DNA of 64,000 nt, taken from NCBI GenBank assembly GCA_051362555.1, contig CM120645.1:21142001-21206000 (forward strand). The letters run 5' to 3'. Below are positions 1 through 12,889 of the stretch, piece after piece. The first letter of the stretch is position 1. The number at the start of each line of letters is the position of its first letter. Below the pieces are notes generated by a model, which searched no databases, was not told the origin of the DNA, and saw nothing but the letters and a program-made list of their open reading frames with translations. This stretch comes from Lingula anatina (lineage: Eukaryota; Animalia; Brachiopoda). The position numbers and the translations under genes were made by a program.

Positions 1-3000
1 TTCTACAACAGGCTCTCCAACCAAATCTTCTGACAAAACTTCAAACCTGAAACACAAGACAAAATCAACATTTTTACATTTTATTACATTTAAGAAAGTC
101 AAACCAGCCTCTAAGTTCATTTATAACCATTATAACTTTTAACTCGGGGAACTGACAGAAGGATTTATTCATTTGTACTCTTAAGTGCTATGTTGGTAAG
201 TGACATGTGAAAATGAAGACTGGATGATAACAGATTTTGAAAATTCACTCAGTTAATAGGCTAAGCCTCCTTTTCTGCTTTCACCAACAGATTCTTTGAT
301 CCTGGTGGCTCAAAGGGCAAGTAGGCTTAAAAGTGTCTGGCACAAACTAAATATCATTATATAAATTGTTGGAATTTTATGTTTCTTGTTACATACAACC
401 AGGAGAAAAATATTTGTAATTTCAACACAATTCTGACTTACGCTAGAATGATATCGTTGACATTGATGGTGCTTACATCTCCATCACAGTCTATAAGTTT
501 GTGTATTTTACTTTTGTACGTCTCCAGTAGTCTTAGCTGAAATATTAGATAAAATAGTCACTTATATTGAAAATATTATAATGTCAAGGGCCAAAGATCA
601 AAATCATCTTGCATACTTATAGAAATAAAGAATAAAAGATAGTAAATAGCAATTTTTTTTTCGCAGTTAAAAATAAACAACAAAACCATAACAGAAGTCT
701 AAATACTAATAAATCATTGGTCAAAATTACAAGCAAAGCACAAAATCATCCCACAAACTGGTTCTAGAACAATAATCCAACTTTTATTAATAACTAACCA
801 AAAAGTAATGTACAGTAATAGGTTTCCTTGGACTGAAAAAATGTTTTTTTATAACTTACATTTTTAGGATCTACCCCTGTTTTGTCTGCTATGGCCTGCT
901 TAAGCTGTCCTATACCAGCATCACAGGGTAATCTGATCATGTACTGAAAAAAATGCAGCAAATTATAATTACAGTATACTTCATTGGACCCGTGAAACCT
1001 TAGGACCAAATTTGTTTGAGCCATATGAAGATTTCAGTCCATAAGTTTCAGCTTATACCAAAGAAAAAAATTATACAATAACTTGAATAAGTTTTGTTTG
1101 AATTAGATGATAATTCAAGTTATAAAAAGACTGGGTATGTGGAGTTTGTATGTAGAGATTTGAAATACATTTATATAATTTTCAAGTTCACCAGGGAGGC
1201 CGTTTCATAAAAGATCTTAAGATCCAAAATTTTGGTCTTCACCTTAGATTGAAAAATTTAAATTTTAAGTCAAGATCAACTTCTGATCATCTGAAGTTGT
1301 TTTTTAGCGAAATCAGTGGATGGGATACTGTAAATCTAACAAAAGAAACCTATGTGAAGACACATTCATTATCTGATGATGTTGTTCATCCACTTACCCT
1401 GACTGGCTTTGTGTACGAGTCTTTGGACATATATATGACAGGAAAAGAGACTAACTTCTTAGGTAGTGGTGCTGATAATACCATGAAGGGGTCAAATGTG
1501 ATGGAAACCTGGAAATTTTACAATAAATGATGGAATTAACAGGTATTGAGAACTATATATACATGTCATTTCTAGGACAAATGATAAAAAAAAGTCCCAC
1601 ACCAAAAAATGAAGACAGACCAGTGAAAATTTGTAAATGTGTTCAGAAACTGGCCACTGCTTTATTAGGCCACTTGACTTCAATGATTTCTTAAAATATT
1701 TTTAATGAATCAAGCGATATCAAAAATTGAAGAAACATGTAACCTTATTTTAACAATTTTGTGATAAAAATTTAAATCAAATCCTTCTAGTTCTTTTTAA
1801 AAAATCAGTAGTCTGGTAATATACTTACTGTTACTAATATTAAGTTATTTAATTATATCAAAAATAGTTACTTTTCTTTCTCAAATTTTCAACAGTTTTC
1901 CTCAGTCTCATCATAAAATCAGTTTTGCACAATCAAACTAACTATGAAAGTAGCTATGACCAAACAACATAATACATTTCAGTGTCACCAACCTTGTTAC
2001 AATGAGGACAGACTAATTTGGACTTGAACTGCCCTTGGAAAGAGTCCACTATGAAGGAGTTATTCCTCTTTTGGTATACCTCCCATGCCTCGGCAGCCAC
2101 AACCTGAATCCAGGCAAAAAAAATTATTTTCAAATTTTTAAATATTATACTGCAAACCAAAGAAAAGCAACAACAAAGAAGTTCTCATTTTAAATTTCTA
2201 TTTCCTGATCAATACGTTCCCTGCATAAACACAAAAAAACTTGACCTAAGTTATAAAAATAAACACCAATTTTAAATGCTTTGGTCATTTACTTAGTATT
2301 ATTTCATTTCTTTATTACATTTTCTCTTCTCTAATTTTGATCGGATTACAAATAACAGCTTTAATTTTCAATAAACAACTTTACAAAACCATATGCATAT
2401 GCCAAATCAAACAAAGAATGTCATACTCAGCTGAAGCTACATTAGTCAAGAAATTTTTAATTTATGTAGCAGCAACAACGACTACAACAACAAAGACTTT
2501 GCTACCTCATCTGGCCTCCCTTTGTCTTCAACTGTCTCAGTGTAAGGCTTGTCTCGGACACGATTTAAGTCCTGTAACCATAAAAAAGCACATGCCATAA
2601 AATATGAGAAACTATGCTTGTTTTCAATTTTTGTCAAAGCCGCTTTAAAACTGAATCAGAGAAAGTATTTCTTAAAAGAAAATTAAACACATGGCGTTAT
2701 CTCAACAACTTCATTGAAATCATACACGACACATCTCACGTAGTTTCTTTTTAATTACTGGTCACATGTTTAAATCAAATTGCTGAATAAAATTTTCTCA
2801 GTCCATACCTCATGTAGTCCATCTAAAAGAAACGCCATGAATTCTTGTGCATCATGCTGGGCAAACCCCGTGAACTGACTGGCTTTCATGGCTATCAAAT
2901 TCTGAAATATATTTTTTCATCGTAAAGTTATCAAGGCACAAGTCAAAATGGTAACAAACATTCCTAACCCCAATCTTTGTGTAATATTTTTAAGTTCAGT

Positions 3001-3224
3001 CAATCATACTTCTCATTTCAAATTTTTTACCACAGATTCTAAAATAAATAAAAAATAACTTGGCTACACTCGACTCATGCCTTGGAAACAATGAACATCT
3101 GTGAACTACTTTTATTTGATGACCTTCTAATCTAAATAACTTCAATTAGCATTACAATGAAAGAAAGGATCTATTTATCATGTGCATGTATGTGTACATG
3201 CATGCGTATGTCCACGCATTTTTT

Positions 3225-3266
<42 letters not shown>

Positions 3267-6200
3267 TGCATGTTCATCTCCATGTACTGACCTTCAGTTT
3301 TGAGGGAGCATATGATGACCGTGTCCCTGACCAGAGCACTTTAAGCAAGAAAACAAAGGTGGCGGCCAGCCGCCCACCACTGCCCAGAGGGTTGGACTCA
3401 TTAATGTCCTTTAGGTAGTGACCATCTGGAAACATTTTTACAGTGATAAAATATAATAATAATGACATATATTTTCCAAGTTTTATATCAATTAAATTTT
3501 AAACTAACATTACGGCACACAAAATAAGGTGCTTTCAGGCAAAATTACAGATAACTACAAATCAGTTAGAGAAAAGTTCTTTAGAAAATAATGAATTCAT
3601 AAAAAGTATACCCTTAAAAAGATAAATTTAAATTTGCCACAGACAGTCAAAATCCAATACTTATAAGCATGGGGAAATGATGGTTTGAAAACAAATAAGC
3701 TGACCTGCACTGAACCTAAAGACAAGGAAAAATAAAGCCACTTACCAAGAAAAAAATCTCTGAATTCTATGGTGTTTGCCAAGACCTGAAGCACACTATT
3801 CATGAAGCATGTGTTGCCGAGGTTGTCCAGACCAGTAAATCCTGGCTCCACCAGCTTGGTAATACTGGGTTTGTTCAGTGGGGAAACCAAACAGGTTGGC
3901 TTCTGCAAAAAATATATTTGATCATGTATGATCGTATTTAAGTAGAAAATTTTAGCACTTAGACATTGTTTTCTTAAAAGTGCATTTTCATATGGCAAAT
4001 TGTATTACAAAGTTTCCCATTTCATAATCTGTTCTAACACTCAGTAACAGCCTACTTTTATTTTATGTTCTTAATTAGATTGTATGTTGTCACAATTATA
4101 TATAACTGCCACCTATGGGCTGTGATTTCCTTCATAAATTGTTGCTATCATTATTACAAATTTGCAGCCATTGAATTTTAAAAAAAATCATAGAAAACTT
4201 TATTTCTAGGGTCTGTGTATTGGGTGTGTCTACTTGAACAGTTAATTTACTTTCAAGAAGAAAGAGAACTTTAATACTAAAATAATTTGATGAATATTTG
4301 CTTTTTTCACTTGCTAAACACAAGGATTACTTAAAACTATGACAGACAGGCAGACAAACCTGTGCTGCTGTACTGGTGGACTCTACTGCTGGCTTGGTGC
4401 TATCTTGGACAGTGCTTCCTCCTGTGCCAGTGCCCTTTGTGGTAACACGGTCCACCTCATCAAATGTGACAGGCTTTGGGCCACTGGTCACTTCCTGCTG
4501 GACACCATTGTCCACCTTCTGGGGTGTTGGGGCTACTGGTGCCGTATCTAGAGAAGTTGCATTAACATCTGCCTTAATTCTTTTAATTCTAAGAAGATAA
4601 TTGAAACTGGACACACAAACAGAAAAGCACACTTACACACGCATGCAAGCGCGCGCGCGCCCGCACGCACCCATACTTACCAACAGGTGCTTCCAGAGCC
4701 TTCCACCTCACGGCATCTTTCTTCTTCAAGGACAGTTCAACCATAGTTCCCGTCACCCTTGATTTACACTGATCTGGCTGAATAGCATGCCTGTGAAGAT
4801 TACATAATATTCAATCAAAAGTAAGAACAAGACCAACTTCTGGTCCTAAGCCGTTTATTCTAAACTGACCCCAACGATTTGTCTTTGCAGAACCATCACT
4901 CTTGACAAGGACATTACCTGCACTAATTTTAATTAATCCAACTAGTTGGAAGCAAACTTATGTAAGGGAGAGAAACCCCACGTAGCATAATTTCATGTTA
5001 AGATTAGTCAAAATGCTGTGAAAAGGAAGTGAACAACACATTGTTTAAATGGCCTTAGTGACTTTCTGATCTATGACAGAAGTAAACACAGCTGTGTTAG
5101 TCAGTGTCTCTTAATTTCTCACCTTTCTCAAGAGGAGGAAGAACTCACCTCAACTTCAAGTTCCAGCAAAACCAAGTCTCTTCTCCAGTGCCCTGGTGTA
5201 AGCTGAGAAACTTTGTATCTCTGTGAAAAAAAATTCAATTTAAAAAAAAAATTACAAAACCATTACAGAACTTTGTACTGCAGCTTAAAATCATTTGTAA
5301 AACACATAATTAGCGAACTCTAGGACACGGGACATAAATTGGTCTTTTTTGACATAGACAAGTGAACCCAACGTCTGATGTGATACATACTGAACAAGTG
5401 CACATCCGTGAACGAGCTGATCGGGTGGAGAAAGTACAAATAAGGTGAATAACTGATATTTTTTAACCTTATCACATAGACAGTCTGCGCAAACGTCGCA
5501 TAGTGGATGATACATACTGACTACATTAAATTTCACGCAGTGCTGTCAACCTTTCAGCATGTCATCCAAACACACAAAAAACACTAAGAAGGGTGAGCCT
5601 ACACCCAAACGTACGCACAGCGAAGTCTCCAATACAAGTGCTGAAGAAAATAACAGCATTATCTTAGCGGAACTAGAAGAAATAAAATCTTATATGAAAG
5701 ACATGATAAACAAAGACGAACTGAAAGAACTAGTAACCACCTTAGTTACAGAAATGTTAAAAGAAATGAAGAAAGAAATGGGTTCACAAATCAACAACAT
5801 GCGAGAGAAATTAGACTTCCTGGAATTTGAAAATAAAAACCTTACAGAAAACATTGCAAGGAAAGACAAAGATTTACTTAAATTGAAAGAGGAGATAAAA
5901 GATCTCACAAAACTGAGTCTCGAGGCGGACAAACGATCAAACTACAACGAACAGTATTCTCGTAAGAACAATATTAAAATTTACGGGATAAAGGAAGAGA
6001 CAAAGGAGAACACTAAGTCCGTCGTACGCGACACATTGAAGGAAGTAGCACAGATAACACTCCGGGATGATGACATTCTAGCAGTACATCGTATACCTGG
6101 GGCAAAAACACAACAACCGAGACCTATAATTTTACGAGTGAATAACACGGAGACAAAAGCCAAAATTATGAGGTGCAGAAGGGCAATGAAAACCTCGAGG

Positions 6201-9200
6201 CAAAACTTGAGACTGGCAGATGACGTCACAAAAAAGAACGCGCAACTTATCCAGCGCCTCGTCAGCCACCCTGAAATTGACCAAGCATGGTACTTTAATG
6301 GGTCAGTCTATGGTCGGCCGAAAGACAGCACAAAAAGGGTGAAATTTGACCTGCACGATGATATTAATTTAAAGATAAGAAACGCTTGAGCATGAACTTT
6401 ATTTCTCCCTTTTCCATTTTCCTCTTGCTTTAATTTCGCACATAAAACCAATTGTCGCACAAAACTGAACGCTCTCCCATGTGCGTTTTCCTATATGTAG
6501 TATATTGTGTGAGTGTATGTTTGTGTTTAAATGAGGTGAGTAAGTGGATAATGGCCGTGCGTAAGACTGAGATTGTGTATGAAAGTAAAAGTGTGCACGT
6601 GGTACATGTCTGTATGTTAAGCGATGAAAAGAATGGTGTGACTCATTGTCGTACATACATATATATCAACGAAAACGTTATGTCTGTCAATACATTAAAA
6701 TGCTATTATGAGTTTTGATTTTAGTATATTATCCTTAAATGTCCGGGGGCTAAATAACTTTAAAAAAAGAAAGGGAGTATTTAGGTGGCTACATAAAAGG
6801 CCTGAAAATGTTTTCCTCCTACAAGAAACCTACAGCTCGCAGAAAGTCGAAAAATTATGGCGCGCTCAGTGGGGTGGAAAAGTTTGGTATAATCATGGTA
6901 CTGGGCATAGCAAAGGGGTGATGATTTTATTTAAAAATAACATAGAATATGACATTATAGACACAGTTACAGACCCGGATGGTCGTCTTCTAGGCGTGAA
7001 AATTAAAATTGGTACGAGCACTTTTCTTATGTGTAATATATATGCCCCAAATCAAATAAATGAACAAGTTGAATTTTACAGATTTCTCTATAAAGAACTA
7101 GCTAAATATGAATCTGATTATGTAATTATAGGGGGTGACTTCAACTGCACATTGTCCAAGCTAGATAAACATGGTGGATTGTCCACACACATTAAAGATA
7201 AAGTTATACATGAAATACAAACTATTATGAAAAAATATCATTTAAATGACACATGGAGAAAGTTCCATGGTGCAGAAAGAAGATACACATGGAAAAACTC
7301 CGAATCAAAAATTTCCTGCAGACTAGACTACTGGATAACATCTAACGAACTTATAGAAAATTGTTTTATAGAAAAGGCGGAGATACTGTACGCACCTTAC
7401 ACTGATCATGATGCAATATCTTTGTTTTTAAAGACAAAAGATGTGACAGTTAGAGGGCGAGGGTTTTGGAAACACAATAATACTTTACTAGGAGACGAAA
7501 GATATATTAACGAAATGAAAATTGTAATTAATGAAGCAAAAAACAGATACAATTACTTAGAGGACCGTGGTTTAGCATTTGATATGATAACCATGGAAAT
7601 ACGGCAGTTTTCAATAAAATTTTCAAAGCAAAAATCTAAACAACATAGAGAAAATGAAAGAGACATTTGGAAAAAAATCAACGCGCTACAAGCCGAGATA
7701 GACAATCAATTTAATAAAGAAAAAGCTAAAGAATTAGAAAAACTTAAGACTGAATATGATTTAATCTTAGAAGCTAAAACTGAAGGTGCAATAATGCGCA
7801 GTAAAGTGAGATGGTACGAAAAGGGCGAACGCAATACAAATTACTTTATCAACTTGGAAAAACGGAATCGGGTCAGAAATACAATTACAAAACTAGAAAT
7901 TAATGATACACTAACAGTAACTAACGATAAAGATATTCTACAAGAACAGGAAAAGTTTTATGAAAATTTGTACACCTCACAGAACACTACCTTTAACGAG
8001 AGAATCTCAAACAAATTTTTCAATGTACAAAACATACCCCAAATTCCAAACGACCTAAAAATCGCATGTGAAGGAAAGCTAACCATCAACGAGTGCAAAA
8101 ACGCACTCAAAGAACTTACAAAAAAGAAGAATAAAACCCCGGGTGTCGATGGGCTCTCCGCAGAATTTTACATGAAATTCTGGGAAGAATTAGGAGAGGA
8201 AATGGCAGACTGTTTAAATTTTGCTTTTGAAACTGGTCAGTTAAATATTAGCCAACGGCAGGGCATAATAACACTAATTCCCAAAAAAGACAAGGATAGA
8301 CACCGTTTGGAAAACTGGCGACCTATTTCTTTGCTAAGCGTAAGCTACAAAATAGCCGCAAAAGCACTTGCAAAACGAATGGAAATGACTTTACCAACCA
8401 TTATCAACAAAAACCAAACCGGGTACGTTAAAAAAAGATATATCGGTGAAAATATAAGACTCATCTGGGATCTTATGTACTCAACAAAAAGGCAAAATAA
8501 AGAAGGGGTGGCAATTTTCTTAGATTTTAAAAAAGCGTTCGATTGCATTGAATGGGAATTTATAAAAAAATGCCTGAAAATATTCAACTTTGGCCCTGAC
8601 TTCATTCAGTGGTTTGACATTATGTACGCCAATGCTTCCAGTTGTATTACAAACAACGGATATTCCTCGCGATTCTTTTCAATTACAAGAGGTGTAAGAC
8701 AAGGATGCCCACTGTCCGGCCCTTTATTCGTGCTGGCCGTAGAAATACTAGCCTGCGCAATACGCGCAGATCCATCCATACGGGGAATTACTATTGATCG
8801 TCATGAACACAAATTATGCCAATATGCCGACGATACAACGCTATTTCTAAATGATGTTGGGTCCGCTAAAAACGCATTGAAATTAATATCTGAATTCAAA
8901 CAAATTTCTGGTTTAGAACTAAACTTGAGCAAGTCCGAAGCCCTGTGGCTTGGAAGCAATAGATTCAACGACGAAAAGCCCCTCGGGTTGCTATGGCCGG
9001 ATAGACCAATAAAAGCTCTCGGAATTCATTTCTCTTACGATTACGAAAGCTGCAGGTTTCTAGACTTCGATAGTAAAGTTGATCAAATTGAAAAGCTGCT
9101 TAACCTTTGGTCCAGCAGAGACCTCACATGGATTGGAAAGATACAAATACTGAAAACATTGGGTCTGGCTAAACTGGTTTATGCTAATACAGTTCTTGAG

Positions 9201-10979
9201 ACCCCAAATGATATTATTTTGAGGATAGATGCTTCATTCAAAAAATTTCTATGGAATGATAAAAAACCAAAATTAAAGCAAAATACATTAATAGCCCCAA
9301 AGAGTAAAGGTGGTTTAAATTTGACGCATGTGCCATCGCACGTGCGGTCTCTGAAGGCCTCAATGGTTAAGCGCATAATGTTAGCTGACAACGATGATCC
9401 GTGGGTTATAAACATACTGAAATATTTAAGAAGTGTGGGAGGAAAACTTATTTTCAGTTGTAATTATGAACTGAAGAATATTAACATTTCGGACATACCA
9501 CCTTTTTACGTAGCCATGCTAGATGCATGGAGTGATGTAATACAAACAGACCCTAATAATGCCTCCGATATAAAGAAACAGATAATATGGAATAATAGAT
9601 TCATACTTGTAAACAAAAAGTCAATATATCTAAGGCATTGGTCAAAAGCCGGAGTAAATTATATGCAAGATATTATAAATATTAATGGTGAATTTATATC
9701 ATTAGAAGAAATAATAAATCAACACAACTTCGACATTAAGCTGCCGAATTTTCTAGAATACGAAAAAGTAAAAAAATCAATTCCGATATCATGGTTACGT
9801 AAACTTCGGGAAAATGCAGAAACAGTTGACAACACAGACTCAGATGAGATAGTATGGACTCTAGCCTCTACAAAAACCATTTACGATAAGCTAATAGAAA
9901 GAAATGTAATAAATTTACCCACAGCAAGTTTGCATCTTATCAAATCAGGCGTAAGTGAAAATGATTGGCAGAGAGTTTTCTTGATACCATTTGAGTCTGT
10001 CAAAGAAACTCAACTACAAATAATGCAATACAGAATAATTCACAATGTGCTGTACACAAATTCTACACTGTTCAAAATGAAAATAGTTACTAGCCCAGGA
10101 TGTATTAACTGCCATATGAAAGAAACAATAATACATCGTTTTGTAGAATGTGTACGTGCAAGAAATTTTTGGATTGCATTTGAAAACTGGTGGAACATTC
10201 CGAATAACACCATACACTTCAGAAAAAATGAAAAAACTATAATGTACGGGTGTCTGTCAAGCGACCAGCGCGTAAAAGCTTTAAATTTCTGCATTATTGT
10301 GGCTAAACAATTCATAAACAAAAATTCAGAAAATCCATCAGTCTATGATTTTGAACTGTTTCTGCATTTTCTTAGTCAGAAGAAGAAAATAGAAAAATAC
10401 ATTGCTATAAAGACAGGAAAAGAAGACAGGTTCAATACAAAATGGAAACGCATTCCTACCATAACGTGTTAAAATTTTCACCTCTAGTACGCTATAGTTG
10501 CCGTTATGTAGTTCACAACAAGCATGTATACGTGTAGTATGTATGGACGGATGAGTGAGTGAAAGTAAGTCTATATATTTATGTTCTTATTTATTTATCA
10601 GTATTTAATTACCGTAATTATTATCAGTATCATATGCATTTAATCTTTGATTTTCTGTCTAAATATTTCATTATATATGACATTACGTAGCATGTGCTTG
10701 GGGGGGGGGGGGGGGGGGGGAGGTCTCGTACATTTGGGATTTACTCCAAAATGACGTGAACATGTAACCTGGATCGACAACATAATGTTGGAATTACACA
10801 TAGGGTTGGCTTGTGGTGGCCATTTGTCCTTTTCAGACAATTAGTTTTACTTTGCATCAAAAGTGTTAAATCAAAAAGAAAACATCTCTCGCTCTCTCTA
10901 AAATATTTTTTATATCACAGAATTGCATGTAAATATTCTTCTGATTTTCTTGTAATAAAAATGGTGCGTTTAATACGTG

Positions 10980-11031
<52 letters not shown>

Positions 11032-12829
11032 ATAATTAGCAACAAAAAATGTTTCTGAAGAGACTAAACAGATTTTTCACCTATGAGGCATGATGTACAT
11101 GTCCTTTATCAAAGGGCTTTGATCATATATCTGATGAGTCACTTTCATTCTTCAGACATGTTCTACTTTTCTAGAATAACTACATACAAAAGACCAGAAA
11201 AAAAACTATTTCACAGCAACAAAACTGTTTGCTAGAAAAGTTCCCAAAATTATCTACCTTGATTTGAAGTGTATCTTCACTGTGTCACTCTGATACTGGA
11301 TGTCCAGGTGCTCTTTAATGATCTGTTTGACATACATATGGACAACCATGATATCTGTGCCCTAGAAAAAATGAGAAAAGTAAATACTGGGGTAACGCTA
11401 ACACTCGCCAATTTAGCCAAATGCTAAAACTGACTTAAATTGGCTAAAGAAAAAGGGCTTGATTTGACATGTTTTAGCCAAATTATAACCATTTTGGTAA
11501 CAAATTGACAAAAATGTGGTGATTTGGCTAAGCAAAAAAAATTGCTAGCGCTACCCCAGAAATACCATAGTTAACCACATATACAGTATCCTCTTTCTGT
11601 AATTCATCAAATGCTCCATATCAAGCCTTGAGTGGGTAGATGAGTCTTGACATTTTGTCTTTTACATACAATACATTCAGTTACTTCATATCTTGGCTTT
11701 TAAAATTTCAAATGCTCCCATGAAGTATAGCCCAAGTGTTGAAGTGCCAAATGCCCAGATTTTAGTGTGCATTTATTAAGCTTTCTGATGCACACTAAAA
11801 TTGAACACTCATTAACTCAGCACTAATGTCATATTTAATGGGTACATCTGGACTAAAAAAGCTCACATATGTAGTTACTCCATACACATATAACATTTAC
11901 CAAATGTCGTCCTTATATACAGAAAATAAAAAGAAAAAATGTCCACACTAACCTACTTGCTCAACATACTAATGATTTGGGGAATAACACCCCTTGCATA
12001 CGGTGGAACTATTAACAACCATACAATGAACTTCAAGGTGGAGGATGGGGAGCAAAGGGCAAGATGGTTATTTAGCAGTAGAAAAGATGAAAACCAGGAA
12101 AAATATTTTAAGATTTTCTCTCAAGACAGTATTTCTCTGTAATTTTATGCAGTTACCTGCTAAATTCTCCATACCTTTTCAAACCAGTCATGTTTCACGT
12201 GATCCAAAACACAAGGAGCTTCGTCACCGCCGTCATTTTCATTTTTCTCCTTCTCACTTCCAACAACTTTGTCCACTGATTCCTTTGCTGCACTCTCTTC
12301 TTCGTTTCTTATTTGGGACTCGTTGTTTTTTACATCAGAAACTGAAGTTGTTGCTTCATCCTTTTTTATGCCAGTTCTTTCACTGGAGAATGTCTAAAAA
12401 AAAAAAGCATTTTTTTCTTTAAAAGTTAAATCTTTTCATATTATCAATAAATAACATAAAAACAACAACAATTGTCACAACCAAAGAAATAACAATAATA
12501 AAAATATTAACAGCAACTTAAGTAAAACAAATAGCAATGTTCATTACAGAAAATTTGGGACACTAAACATCAAGTTTAATATATCATATTAAGGTAAAAA
12601 AAAAAAGCACTATAAAGACCTTACCCCAAGATCATTCCAAGTTACTTCATCTTTCTTTTTCAAGTTCAAAAGAATTTTTCCGCCAGCCAGAACGACTCTG
12701 CTCTGATTGTGAAGAATTGGATGTGGGAATGAACATTTCCAGGAACGTCCATCTAAAAACAAATTTGATAAATTGATTAATCAATTTAGAACATAACAAT
12801 AAAATACAAAACTGAATATGGGAGTATGT

Positions 12830-12889
<60 letters not shown>

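Larger units (their letters stand above)
5315..11030 (+). mobile_element. Full-length non-LTR retrotransposon, L1 group (Tx1-like), in USP19 intron 5, antisense to the host gene
   Basis: Two intact ORFs, AATAAA at 10954, ~50-nt poly(A) at 10980-11030, target-site duplication ACATAATTAGC at 5304-5314 and 11030-11040. Confidence 0.95.

Noticed and set aside
11131-11160. CTGATGAG hammerhead-like core
   Set aside because: No stem II or downstream GAAA.
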